The notes under the pieces are model-generated. The model did not search any database. It was not told the origin of the DNA and worked only from the letters and a program-made list of their open reading frames with translations. The translations under genes were made by a program, and so were the position numbers. Positions 10,696 through 20,969 of a stretch of 64,000 nt of DNA are shown here, piece after piece (positions within the stretch are counted from its first letter, which is position 1; every line of letters begins with the position of its first letter). The stretch comes from Candidatus Zhuqueibacterota bacterium (GTDB lineage: Bacteria; Zhuqueibacterota; Zhuqueibacteria; Residuimicrobiales; Krinioviventaceae), in contig JAFGSB010000067.1 in assembly GCA_016934825.1 (NCBI GenBank), positions 7,280 through 71,279 of the forward strand, given 5' to 3'.

Positions 10696-12000
10696 ATGAA
10701 TAAAAAAATAAAAAGTATAATTTTATTCACACTGATTTTATTTTTGAATAATGGTTTCAGCCAGCAGTATCTTGACAGAATAATAGCAATTGTGGATGAT
10801 GATATTATCCTGGAATCTGAAGTAACGCAATCCGCATATTATATGGCAATGCAAAGTGGTGTTGATCCGGTTCAAAGTCCAGAAAAATATCTGGAAATAA
10901 AAAAACTGGTTCTGCAAAACCTGATCAGTTCAAAGTTACTTCTGATTCAGGCGGATAAAGATACGATTGAAGCGGATGCGAGGCAGGTTGATTCTTATTT
11001 ACAACAGGATTTGAATCGTATTATTCAACAGGTAGGCGGAGAGGAAAAAATAGAGCAAACACTGGGTATGCCCATGTCAAAATTTCGCCGAACGAGGCGG
11101 CAGGAGATTGAAAATGATTATCGTATAGGCATGGTGAGAGAACAAAAGTTTGCGAATATAATGGTATCCCGAAGAGAAGTAGAAAATTTTTATAAAACAC
11201 ATAAAGATTCGATTGGCAATATAAAAGAGACGGTGGATATTAGCCACATACTCATAACGGCCAAGCCCGGTGAATCAGCAAAAAAAGAAGCTTTTCAGAA
11301 AATCAAAGACTTGCGTAAACGAATATTGGATGGAGAGGATTTTGCGACACTGGCAAAACAGTATTCAGAGGACCCCGGGTCTGCAAGCAAAGGCGGCGAT
11401 CTGGGTTTTGTTTCACGCAGTACATTAGTACGGGAATATGCGGAAGCCGCACTACAACTGGAACCCGGTGAAATATCGGATATTGTGGAAACTAATTTCG
11501 GGTATCATATCATACGTCTTGAAGAAAAACGTGGAGACAAAATACATACCACACATATTTTAATAACCATAAAGCCAAACCGGGATGATGAAATTGCCGC
11601 CGCGGAAAAGATAAAACAAATCCATACCCAATTGGTGAACGGCAGCGATTTTGAGGAAATGGTGAAAGAATATTCCGAAGATGAATCGACAAACAAGCAG
11701 GGCGGCCATCTGGGGCGGTTTGAAGTTGAACAATTAAGAAATATGGCCAAAGAATTTGTTTACGCTTTAAAAGATGTCGAACCGGGCAATTATAGTGAGC
11801 CGATCAAAACTCAATACGGCTTTCATGTGTTAAAATTGAATGCAATTGAGGGAGCAAGAGAGTATGATATTGAAAAGGACTGGGATATTATTGAAAGCAT
11901 GGCTTTGGAATATAAAAAGCAGCAAGAATTTAAAAAGTGGTTAGATGAAATTAAAAATGAAGTCTATGTTGAAGTTAAAGAAACCGAATACAAAAGTTAA
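10696..12000 (+). CDS. surA: Periplasmic chaperone SurA-like with two parvulin domains
   Basis: Signal peptide, a SurA N-terminal chaperone region, and two rotamase domains (SKGGDLGFVSRSTL; KQGGHLGRFEVEQL). Confidence 0.8.
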   Translation: MNKKIKSIILFTLILFLNNGFSQQYLDRIIAIVDDDIILESEVTQSAYYMAMQSGVDPVQSPEKYLEIKKLVLQNLISSKLLLIQADKDTIEADARQVDSYLQQDLNRIIQQVGGEEKIEQTLGMPMSKFRRTRRQEIENDYRIGMVREQKFANIMVSRREVENFYKTHKDSIGNIKETVDISHILITAKPGESAKKEAFQKIKDLRKRILDGEDFATLAKQYSEDPGSASKGGDLGFVSRSTLVREYAEAALQLEPGEISDIVETNFGYHIIRLEEKRGDKIHTTHILITIKPNRDDEIAAAEKIKQIHTQLVNGSDFEEMVKEYSEDESTNKQGGHLGRFEVEQLRNMAKEFVYALKDVEPGNYSEPIKTQYGFHVLKLNAIEGAREYDIEKDWDIIESMALEYKKQQEFKKWLDEIKNEVYVEVKETEYKS

Positions 12001-12685
12001 TCATATATCCATACAGAGTATAAAAAAATTATATATATTGTTTTTTGTATCTTTGCTTTTGGTTCATGGCGTGTGGGCTCAACCCGACGGCAGCCAGTTT
12101 ACTGTTGCAAGATTAAAATATATGGGCGGTGGAGATTGGTATAATGATCCATCCTCAATACCAAATTTATTGGATTATTTAAAGCAACATACCAATATCG
12201 ATGCGGCAAAAGATGAAGTCAAAGTCAGCATTCTGGATGAAGACTTTTTTTCATATCCTTTTATATTTATGACCGGTCATGGCCGGATTTCTTTTACCAC
12301 GAAAGAAGCGGAACGGCTGAGAACTTATTTAACACATGGCGGGTTTCTTTATGCGGATGACGATTATGGGATGGATGAACACTTTAAAAGTGAAATGAAA
12401 AAAGTTTTTCCCGACAAACAAATGGTTGAAATCCCGTTTTCACATACAATTTTTAAAAGCCACTTTGAATTTTCAAACGGATTGCCGAAAATCCATGAAC
12501 ATGACGGCGGACCGCCCGCCGGTTACGGTTATTTTCATGACGGCCGGCTGGTGGTGTTTTATTCGTTTAATACAAATATTTCTGACGGCTGGGCCGATCC
12601 CGAGGTTCATGGAAATCCCCCGGATAAACGTGAACTGGCATTCCGAATGGGAACCAATATAATTGTATATGCTTTAATGAATTGA
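11945..12685 (+). CDS. DUF4159 family protein (class-I glutamine-amidotransferase-like fold), secreted
   Basis: The motif ARLKYMGGGDWYNDPSS...FIFMTGHG...GGFLYADDDYGMD is characteristic of DUF4159. Signal peptide (LLVHGVWA). The true start is uncertain (11945, 11966 or later); the listed start overlaps the surA 3' end. Confidence 0.6.
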   Translation: MKLKMKSMLKLKKPNTKVNHISIQSIKKLYILFFVSLLLVHGVWAQPDGSQFTVARLKYMGGGDWYNDPSSIPNLLDYLKQHTNIDAAKDEVKVSILDEDFFSYPFIFMTGHGRISFTTKEAERLRTYLTHGGFLYADDDYGMDEHFKSEMKKVFPDKQMVEIPFSHTIFKSHFEFSNGLPKIHEHDGGPPAGYGYFHDGRLVVFYSFNTNISDGWADPEVHGNPPDKRELAFRMGTNIIVYALMN

Positions 12686-15600
12686 TGAAATCAATAACAC
12701 CGACATACGATAGTCTTTTGAAAAAGTTAAAACGCTTTCGTTCCCTTGAAAAGCGTATTTTTTTTTACAAGGGGGTATGCCGTTTTGTTGCCGTGATTTT
12801 GTCAATTATTTTAGTTCTGCTTTTTCTGGAATCGATTTTTGGCTTTCCCCCCACAGTTAAACTCGCGGTAATCGCTTTCTTTTTATTGACAAGCGCCATT
12901 TTATTTGCCGTTTATATAATTAAACCGTTGTATTTTGTTCTGTTTCGTTCCGGGATTCCCTCACTCAATGACGTTGCCTTAAAAGTTGGTTCATTTTATA
13001 AAAATGTCGATGACAGGCTCGCGAATGCGCTGCAATTGTTTCAAAAATATTATAACGATAAAAAATATTCCAAATCCTTAATAGAAGAATCGATAAAAAC
13101 GGTTTCCGGATCGTTACATGAGAAAAATTTTTCCGAATTGATCGATTATAAACCGTTTTATGCCTCGTTGAAAATTGTTATCGCGACGCTGGCATTTTCT
13201 GGCTTGTTTTGGATCCTTTTATACAGCCAGTTGAATATTTCTTTTATTCATTTCATTTACCCCTGGCGTGATTATCAATCCGGACAGGTCACATTTCATG
13301 TTTTACCGGGTGACACTACGGTCCTGAGCGGGTTGGATGTCCCTGTAAAAGTGTGGCTTTCCGATTCAACGGTGAACAGTATAGAATTATACGCATCACG
13401 CAAAAGTCCCGTTATTGTGCAAAAAACAGCACAGGATTCATTTTATTATACATTTAAAAATGTGAAGGATTCGTTAACCTATTTTGTTTCTCTTCAAGAT
13501 CAAAAGTCAAAAAGCTTTATCATTTCGGTTGAAGAGCGTCCCCTTTTAAGAAGTTTAAAAGTAAATGTAATACCTCCGTCATATTCGAAATTACAACCTT
13601 ATAACCTGGAGGAAAATGTCGGCGACATCTCCGCATTGAAGGGCACACAAATAAATATCTCCGCGTTGGCGAATAAAACACTTGAATCCGCCGCATTACA
13701 TTTTACAAGCGGAAAAAAACTTGATACCCGGGTAAATAACCGGGAAGTAAATACAACCGTTACTATACAGCGGGATGACGCCTATTATTTTGAATTGCTG
13801 GATGAATTCGGATATAAAAGCGAGAACCCGATTACTTATTATATCAGGATCATTCCGGATCAATATCCGTTAATACAGATTTTACAACCGGGAAAAGATA
13901 TTGATCTGGGTGAAAATATGACCATTCCGTTATTAATGCTGGCTCAGGATGACTATGGTATATCCAATATACGGCTGGCGTACCAGGTAATACCACAGGA
14001 CGAAGAACAATTTGATTCAACAAAGTTTGTTTTTCAGGAACTGGAAGGAATAAACTACGGACAGGATGTTTTACGCGTCGGTTTGAATTGGGACCTTTCT
14101 GAATCCGATTTGCTGCCCACCGATGTGGTTGTCTATTATGTAGAAGTGTATGATAATGACCAGGTCAGCGGACCGAAAAGGGGTAAAAGCAAAGTTTATC
14201 GCGCGCGCTTTCCGTCGATGTACGAGTTATACCAGGAAGTTGCCTCAACCCAGGATGAAACCATCAGGGAAATGGAGGAGATTTATGACCGGGGGCAGAA
14301 AATGAAACAAAAGCTGGATGAGCTGTCCCTGGATATGAAAAGGGCCGCGGAAATGGATTGGGAAAAGCAGCAGGAGGCTGAAGAAGCCCTAAAAAGACAA
14401 CAGGAAATAAAGCAAAAACTGGAAGAGCTTGCCGGTAATTTAAATGAAATGGTTGAAAAAATGGAGAAAAATGATCTTGCCTCCCCCGAGACCATGAAAA
14501 AATACCGGCAAGTACAGGAACTTTATCAGGAGATTATGACGCCGGAATTGGAAAAGGTCATGCGGGAGATGGCCGAAGCCATTCAAAACCTGGATAAAAA
14601 TTTGTTACAAAAGGCGCTTGAAGATTTCAAGATGACGGAAGAAGATTTTAATAAAAGTCTTGACCGGACCATATCCCTGTTAAAAAAACTCAAGATCGAA
14701 CAAAAACTCGATCAGGCAATTAAGATGACTAAAAACCTGGCCGAACGGCAGCAGGAACTTGACAACAAGGCTCAAACCGCTGCCGATAAAGACCGGTTGT
14801 TAAAAGAACAACAAAACATCAATCAGGATAAACAGGCGTTAAGTGAATTACTTCAGGAATTGAAAGAGGAGATGAGCGAGGTGCCCGCCATGCCGGAAAA
14901 AGAACTGAATAATGCGCTGACACAACTAAAATCCGACAGCTTGTCCAATGATCTTCAAAGTCTGGAAAGCATGATCCTGTCCGGCAATATGGACCAATTC
15001 CCGCAATATTCTAAAAATGTACAAAAGAAATTGAACGAGGTATCCCAACAACTGCAGCAGGCAAAAGAATCAATGTCGGGAGAGATGTTCCGCAGAGCTT
15101 TAATGGATATGAAAAAGAACAGCCGGCAGTTACTGGAACTTTCGAAACAGCAGGAAGCCGTTTTGGAACAGACAAAAGAGCTTCCGAACAACAGCGCCAA
15201 AACAACAGAAATGGCCGAACAACAGCAGGGATTATATTCCGGATTGAATCGGGTTGTGGATAAAATATTTGCATTATCGAAAGAAAATTTTGCCATATCA
15301 CCGGGAATAAACCAGGCTTTAGGCAGCGCATCATTACAAATGAAAAGCGCCTTGAATTCACTGGAAGAAAGGAATAACGCAGTTGCGGCCAGAAGCCAGG
15401 CCCAGGCCATGTCGTCAATTAATGATGCCATCCGGCAGTTGCAAAGCAACATGCAGAACATGATGCAGGCATCCGGGTCGGGTATGAGTTTTCAACAATT
15501 TATGGAAAAAATGCAGCAAATGGCAAAGGGCCAGCAGGGTATTAATGAGCAGACATTACAAATGGGACTTGGGAATCAACTGTCCCTTGCCCAACAAGCG

Positions 15601-16038
15601 GAAATGGCCAGGATGAGCGCTGAACAGGGACAGGTCCGCAAGTCCATGGAAGAACTTGCCCGGGAAGCGAAAGGAATGTCCGATGTCCTCGGAGACCTTG
15701 ATCAGATCGTCAAGGACATGAAAGAGGTTGAAAAAGACTTTGCGCAAAACAATATCAGCAGGGAAACCATTGAAAGACAAAACAGAATTCTGTCCCGAAT
15801 GCTGGATGCCCAGCGATCCATTCGTGAGCGGGAGTACAGCCGGAAAAGACAGGCGGAGAGCGGCAAGGACTATATTGCCAAAAGTCCGGATGAGTTACCG
15901 GAAAAAATTGGAGAACTTGAAAACCGTCTGCAGCAGGATTTGCTCCGGGCCAAAAAAGAAGGTTATACCCGCGATTATCTGGAATTAATTAAACAATATT
16001 TTGAAGCATTAACCAATCAAGATAAAAAAAGTGAATAA
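12685..16038 (+). CDS. Large membrane-anchored protein with a ~700-aa Q/E/K-rich coiled-coil C-terminal half (possibly the DUF4175 family that often pairs with DUF4159)
   Basis: Four predicted N-terminal TM helices, a middle beta-rich domain, then a long low-complexity coiled-coil. ATG at 12685 overlaps the upstream TGA (TGATG); the listed TTG at 12682 is less likely. Confidence 0.65.
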   Translation: MKSITPTYDSLLKKLKRFRSLEKRIFFYKGVCRFVAVILSIILVLLFLESIFGFPPTVKLAVIAFFLLTSAILFAVYIIKPLYFVLFRSGIPSLNDVALKVGSFYKNVDDRLANALQLFQKYYNDKKYSKSLIEESIKTVSGSLHEKNFSELIDYKPFYASLKIVIATLAFSGLFWILLYSQLNISFIHFIYPWRDYQSGQVTFHVLPGDTTVLSGLDVPVKVWLSDSTVNSIELYASRKSPVIVQKTAQDSFYYTFKNVKDSLTYFVSLQDQKSKSFIISVEERPLLRSLKVNVIPPSYSKLQPYNLEENVGDISALKGTQINISALANKTLESAALHFTSGKKLDTRVNNREVNTTVTIQRDDAYYFELLDEFGYKSENPITYYIRIIPDQYPLIQILQPGKDIDLGENMTIPLLMLAQDDYGISNIRLAYQVIPQDEEQFDSTKFVFQELEGINYGQDVLRVGLNWDLSESDLLPTDVVVYYVEVYDNDQVSGPKRGKSKVYRARFPSMYELYQEVASTQDETIREMEEIYDRGQKMKQKLDELSLDMKRAAEMDWEKQQEAEEALKRQQEIKQKLEELAGNLNEMVEKMEKNDLASPETMKKYRQVQELYQEIMTPELEKVMREMAEAIQNLDKNLLQKALEDFKMTEEDFNKSLDRTISLLKKLKIEQKLDQAIKMTKNLAERQQELDNKAQTAADKDRLLKEQQNINQDKQALSELLQELKEEMSEVPAMPEKELNNALTQLKSDSLSNDLQSLESMILSGNMDQFPQYSKNVQKKLNEVSQQLQQAKESMSGEMFRRALMDMKKNSRQLLELSKQQEAVLEQTKELPNNSAKTTEMAEQQQGLYSGLNRVVDKIFALSKENFAISPGINQALGSASLQMKSALNSLEERNNAVAARSQAQAMSSINDAIRQLQSNMQNMMQASGSGMSFQQFMEKMQQMAKGQQGINEQTLQMGLGNQLSLAQQAEMARMSAEQGQVRKSMEELAREAKGMSDVLGDLDQIVKDMKEVEKDFAQNNISRETIERQNRILSRMLDAQRSIREREYSRKRQAESGKDYIAKSPDELPEKIGELENRLQQDLLRAKKEGYTRDYLELIKQYFEALTNQDKKSE

Positions 16039-17863
16039 TAAATCATTAATTTATCTGGTCGTTATTTTTATACTAACTGTCAGGCCGCTTATATCCCAGC
16101 AACAAATCCCGCAAAGGGTTGTCAGGGCGCAGCAATTGCATCGACTGGCTTCTCAATACGAGGTGAACGGACAGATCGATCTGGCGGCAAAGCTTTATGT
16201 TCAGCTTAGTAAAAGTGATCCGCTTGATATTTCAAGTTATGTCGGCGCCAAAAGATGCCTGTTGAAACTTAATCAATATGACGGCCTGTATGAATTAATA
16301 ACCCACCTGCAACAAATCCGAAGGGATATACGTTACGAGGTAGATCTGGCGGAAATCGAGTTTTTAAAAGGGGACACGAAGAAAGCCTTTGCGCACTGGA
16401 ACAGGATCCTTGAGGAAAACAGCCTCAGCGAGGAAGCATATATTTTTGTCGGGCAGACCTATTTGGAGAATCGTTTATACAAAGAAGCCATTGATTGTTA
16501 TGAAACGGCAAGAAGTAAATTAAAAACCAGGTCTTTGTTTATATTCGAGCTGGCCGGAGTTTACACATTTCTGTCCGAATATGAATTGGTGATTATAGAG
16601 TTTTTAAATTATCTTGAAGTGAATCCTGAACAGATAAATTACATTGATACCCGGATTTCGGAACTGGAAAAAAATGAGGACAGTATTCCCAAAATAACAA
16701 GGACCCTTGAAAAGGAATTAAAAGGACGAAGGCCGTTGTGTTCTCAGATTCATCAACTCCTTGGCAATATATATACCCGAACACGGAATTATGAAAAAGC
16801 TTATGAAAACTTTTTTGCCCTGGAAGAAGAATTGGCGGCAGTAAACGATAAAAAAACCGGTATGTTTTTGTATCGGTTCGCCATGGCTGCCTCCGGGGAC
16901 AAGGAATTGGAACATGCCCGAATAGCTTATGAAATGATTTTGACCAAATTCCCGAATAGTGTATATATGGATAAATCAAGGATCGGGCTGGCAAAAATAC
17001 TGGTACAGAAAGGAATGTACCTTGATGCCGTAAATACCTATGAAAAATTTGTTGCATCGTTTTCTCAATCTCCCGAGGCGGTTACGGCATTGATACAAAT
17101 AGGTGATCTGTGGTATAGTGAATTATTTGATATTAAAAATGCTGAAAACGCTTACCGGCGTGTGTTAATGAATTATCCGAAAAGCGCACAAAGAAAAGAA
17201 GTGTTGTTTAAACTGGGGGATTGCTCAATTATTGATGATTCTTTTGATACGGCGCAAAATTATTATTTGCAGATTATAAGCGAGAGTAAAAATAAATTCG
17301 ACCTGAATGTAAAAAAAGCACAATATTCTATGGCTCGGTTGGAATTTTTCCGGGGCCAATTATCAAAAAGTCTGCAATATTTGAACAGTTATTTTAGTAC
17401 GCGTATCAATAATCCTTTGAATCCTGATTATTATGAAAATAATGCTTTAGAGTTACAAATGTTGATCCAGGATTACAGGAGTGATTCTACCGGTCTTGTT
17501 ATTTTTGCTACCGCCGTGGTTTTACAAATGCGTCGACAATACGAGAAGGCTGAAAATATTTTAACAGCATATATCGGCGATAATCCGGATGCATTCATAA
17601 ACAATGATTTAATGCTGTTGCTTGCCGATATATACAGAGTTCAGGGACTTTATGAAAAAGCATTAAACATATTACAAGCGTTGTATTTGAACGAAAAAAA
17701 TATGTACAGGGATAAAGCCATAAAAAAGATGGCTGAAATTTATGATACGAATTTAAATGTCAAAGAAAAAGCCATACAAAGCTATGAAACTTTGTTGGCA
17801 ATTTTCCCGGAAAGTATTTATATTGAGGAAGCAAGGAAGAAAATAAGAATGTTGGAACGATGA
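16031..17863 (+). CDS. Secreted tetratricopeptide-repeat (TPR) protein
   Basis: Signal peptide and multiple TPR-like repeats. GTG start overlaps the upstream stop by 8 nt (operon). Confidence 0.75.
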   Translation: MNNKSLIYLVVIFILTVRPLISQQQIPQRVVRAQQLHRLASQYEVNGQIDLAAKLYVQLSKSDPLDISSYVGAKRCLLKLNQYDGLYELITHLQQIRRDIRYEVDLAEIEFLKGDTKKAFAHWNRILEENSLSEEAYIFVGQTYLENRLYKEAIDCYETARSKLKTRSLFIFELAGVYTFLSEYELVIIEFLNYLEVNPEQINYIDTRISELEKNEDSIPKITRTLEKELKGRRPLCSQIHQLLGNIYTRTRNYEKAYENFFALEEELAAVNDKKTGMFLYRFAMAASGDKELEHARIAYEMILTKFPNSVYMDKSRIGLAKILVQKGMYLDAVNTYEKFVASFSQSPEAVTALIQIGDLWYSELFDIKNAENAYRRVLMNYPKSAQRKEVLFKLGDCSIIDDSFDTAQNYYLQIISESKNKFDLNVKKAQYSMARLEFFRGQLSKSLQYLNSYFSTRINNPLNPDYYENNALELQMLIQDYRSDSTGLVIFATAVVLQMRRQYEKAENILTAYIGDNPDAFINNDLMLLLADIYRVQGLYEKALNILQALYLNEKNMYRDKAIKKMAEIYDTNLNVKEKAIQSYETLLAIFPESIYIEEARKKIRMLER

Positions 17864-19122
17864 AATTTTATACCAGAATACTATTTTTTATTTTTATTTT
17901 GTCTTCTGCCGTACATGCCCAAAAAGTTTTAATCAATATGGATTTACAGCAAACCGACCATTTAAAAGCTTATGGTATTGCATTTTGGGCGTTGGAAAGG
18001 GAGGTCAATGTTGAATGGTTATTAAATTATCGCGGCGGATGTTTTTTTATTGATTATTTTCCCGCTCTGGAACGAGAATTACGTGTAAGAGGTGTTTCGT
18101 TTACGGTTGTGGACGGCGGTACCGCGGCGCAGATATACGCCGCGATTGAGCAGGAAAACATGGATGTGATATTACTGGAAACCGCGCCAAAGATTGCCAT
18201 ATACGCGCCGCCCAATAAACAGGTATGGGATGACGCCGTGCTTTTGGCGTTAGAATATGCGGAAATACCCTACGAAGTATTGTGGGACGACAAGGTTTTG
18301 CAGGGAGAACTGGTCAAGTACGATTGGCTGCACCTGCATCATGAAGATTTTACCGGGCAATATGGAAAGTTTTATGCCAGTTATAACAATACGGACTGGT
18401 ATCAGGATCAGGTTGCTAAAAATGAAGCGATTGCTCAAAAGATGGGCTATAACAAAGTATCCGAGCTGAAAAAAGCGGTAACCAGGACGATTAAAGATTA
18501 TATTGCCGGTGGTGGTTTTATGTTTGCCATGTGTTCCGCCACAGATACTTTTGATATTGCCCTGGCCGCTGAAAACACCGATATTGCCGCCGAAATTTAT
18601 GACGGAGATCCGGCCGATCCCAACGCCCGGCAAAAGCTCGATTTTTCAAAAACCCTGGCTTTTGAAAATTTTTCACTTGTTGAAAATCCACTTGTTTATG
18701 AATATTCGAATATAGATATTCCACCCAGTAACGACCCGGTTTTACGAGGCGCAGAAGCGGATTATTTTACCCTGTTTGAATTTTCGGCCAAATATGATCC
18801 GGTACCAACAATGTTAACCCAAAATCATGTTTCCGCTATTAAAGGTTTTATGGGACAAACAACTGGATTTCGAAAAGAATTAATTAAAAGATCGGTCGTT
18901 ATACTGGGTGAGGCGGAAGGAACGGAACAGGTAAAATACCTGCATGGAAATTTTGGTAAAGGGACATACACATTTTACGGGGGCCACGATCCGGAGGATT
19001 ATCAGCACTTTGTGTATGATCCTCCGACACAGCTTTCTCTACATAAAAATTCACCGGGTTACAGACTGATTTTAAATAATATATTATTTCCGGCCGCCAG
19101 AAAGAAAAAATTAAAAACCTGA
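17860..19122 (+). CDS. Secreted hypothetical protein, last gene of the DUF4159 cluster
   Basis: Signal peptide (SSAVHAQ). ATGA overlap with the upstream TPR gene. No family recognised confidently from sequence. Confidence 0.65.
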   Translation: MKFYTRILFFIFILSSAVHAQKVLINMDLQQTDHLKAYGIAFWALEREVNVEWLLNYRGGCFFIDYFPALERELRVRGVSFTVVDGGTAAQIYAAIEQENMDVILLETAPKIAIYAPPNKQVWDDAVLLALEYAEIPYEVLWDDKVLQGELVKYDWLHLHHEDFTGQYGKFYASYNNTDWYQDQVAKNEAIAQKMGYNKVSELKKAVTRTIKDYIAGGGFMFAMCSATDTFDIALAAENTDIAAEIYDGDPADPNARQKLDFSKTLAFENFSLVENPLVYEYSNIDIPPSNDPVLRGAEADYFTLFEFSAKYDPVPTMLTQNHVSAIKGFMGQTTGFRKELIKRSVVILGEAEGTEQVKYLHGNFGKGTYTFYGGHDPEDYQHFVYDPPTQLSLHKNSPGYRLILNNILFPAARKKKLKT

Positions 19123-19132
19123 GGAGCTCTTT

Positions 19133-19537
19133 TTGTCAAAAGTTAAACAATTTTCAGTGCAAACCGGTTCAACGGTGCAATTTATACGTATTGACCATAA
19201 AGTGAATGAAATCATTAAGGAGAGCGGCGTTCAAAACGGAATTTGTGTAATTTTTGTTCCACACACAACCGCCGGTGTGACGATCAATGAAAATGCTGAT
19301 CCGGATGTTGTTAGGGATATGATTATGGAAATGAACAAGATCGTACCCTTTAATGACGGTTATCATCACGGAGAAGGGAATTCGGCGGCGCATATAAAAT
19401 CCAGCCTGGTCGGGCCGTCAATATCGGTCGTTATAGAAGAAGGCAGAATACTTTTCGGAACCTGGCAGTCCATCTATTTTTGTGAATTTGACGGACCGCG
19501 CAGCCGGCGGGTCGTGGTTAAAGTAATCGAAGGTTGA
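19133..19537 (+). CDS. yjbQ: YjbQ/UPF0047 family protein (secondary thiamine-phosphate synthase enzyme)
   Basis: 134 aa. The conserved GICVIFVPHTTAGVTINENADPDV...HHGEGNSAAHIKSSLVG core is typical of YjbQ. TTG start with a GAGGAG RBS. Confidence 0.85.
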   Translation: MSKVKQFSVQTGSTVQFIRIDHKVNEIIKESGVQNGICVIFVPHTTAGVTINENADPDVVRDMIMEMNKIVPFNDGYHHGEGNSAAHIKSSLVGPSISVVIEEGRILFGTWQSIYFCEFDGPRSRRVVVKVIEG

Positions 19538-19552
19538 CATACAGTTTAAAAT

Positions 19553-20314
19553 ATGTTAAAAACACGGAAAAAGGTGACGGTATTGCCATATTCTCATTTG
19601 TCATTCATTTATGATTTTGTCATGAATCATGTGAATTATAAAAGATGGGCAAAATATATTACACAAATAATCGATCGTCATGGACAAAATATTAAAAATA
19701 TTGCGGACATCTCATGTGGTACCGGATCCCTGGATCAGGAACTAACAAAATATGGCTATAATATATGGGCGTGTGATTACAGTCTCAATATGGTAAAAAT
19801 GTTAAAAAGAAAAGTATGGGCACAGAATAACATTTATTATTGGTGCGCCGATATGTCAAAACCGGTTTTTCAGAAAAAACCCGATGCGATCATTTCCCTT
19901 TATGACAGTATGAATTATTTTCTCAATGCCGAGCAATGGATGCAGTGTTTGAAAAATGTATATTTATCCCTTAAAAAAGAAGGACTATTTATTTTTGATA
20001 TCAGTACTTTTCATAATTCTATAAATGTCTTCCAGAATTTTTCTCAACGGGAAAAATCAAACAAAGGAAGCTATTATCGAAAAAGCCGCTTTGACCGGAA
20101 AAGAGCCATACAGACAAATTATTTTGAAATAAAACTTGCAGACCTGCCCGAATATATTTTTTGCGAAACACATCAGCAACGGATTTTATCCCTTGCCGAA
20201 GTGATACAATTTATCAACCAGACAGATTTTCAACATCTGGGCTGTTATAACGGATTGACTTTCAGACCCGGAAATGAATATTCCGAAAGAGTTCATTTTG
20301 TATTAAAAAAATAA
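19553..20314 (+). CDS. Class I SAM-dependent methyltransferase
   Basis: Motif I (ADISCGTGSLD) and a methyltransferase fold pattern. Confidence 0.75.
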   Translation: MLKTRKKVTVLPYSHLSFIYDFVMNHVNYKRWAKYITQIIDRHGQNIKNIADISCGTGSLDQELTKYGYNIWACDYSLNMVKMLKRKVWAQNNIYYWCADMSKPVFQKKPDAIISLYDSMNYFLNAEQWMQCLKNVYLSLKKEGLFIFDISTFHNSINVFQNFSQREKSNKGSYYRKSRFDRKRAIQTNYFEIKLADLPEYIFCETHQQRILSLAEVIQFINQTDFQHLGCYNGLTFRPGNEYSERVHFVLKK

Positions 20315-20319
20315 AAGAG

Positions 20320-20967
20320 ATGCTTGAATTACATAACGTAAAAGTAAAATATCCCACCGGCGACGGGATAGAACATGTCAGTTTTAAAATTTCCTCCGGT
20401 GAAATCGTTTTTCTTGTGGGCCCGAGCGGCGCAGGCAAGACAACCGTTTTAAAATCTATCTATGTGGAAGAATTGCCGGTTGAAGGACATGTTAGTGTTG
20501 GAGAATATAACACGTTGTTCCTGCGCAAAAAAGAAATTCCATATTTGAGGAGAAAACTGGGAGTTATTTTTCAGGATTTCAAATTACTCAACGACCGGGA
20601 CGTCTTTTTTAATGTATCGTTTGCTTTGGAAGTAATCGGAGTAAAAACAAAGGACATAAAAAAAAGGGTACTGCGTTCACTCGCAGATGTGGGTTTAAGC
20701 CACAAAGCCAGAAAATATCCCTATGAATTGTCCGGAGGAGAACAACAACGGGTATCCATTGCGCGGGCAATCGTTAATGAACCTTATATCCTGCTGGCGG
20801 ATGAACCGACCGGTAATCTTGATCCCGAAACATCGGCCGGAATTATGGAAATTTTTGAACGCGTTAATGCACGCGGTACCTCCATCCTGATCGCTACCCA
20901 CAATTCGGAACTGGTAAAAAATTACAGGGGGCGAATTATTCGAATTGAAAAGGGAAAAATTTTATAA
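20320..20967 (+). CDS. ftsE: Cell division ATP-binding protein FtsE
   Basis: Walker A (GPSGAGKTT), ABC signature (LSGGEQQRVSIARA), Walker B. Followed by ftsX. Confidence 0.85.
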   Translation: MLELHNVKVKYPTGDGIEHVSFKISSGEIVFLVGPSGAGKTTVLKSIYVEELPVEGHVSVGEYNTLFLRKKEIPYLRRKLGVIFQDFKLLNDRDVFFNVSFALEVIGVKTKDIKKRVLRSLADVGLSHKARKYPYELSGGEQQRVSIARAIVNEPYILLADEPTGNLDPETSAGIMEIFERVNARGTSILIATHNSELVKNYRGRIIRIEKGKIL

Positions 20968-20969
20968 CC

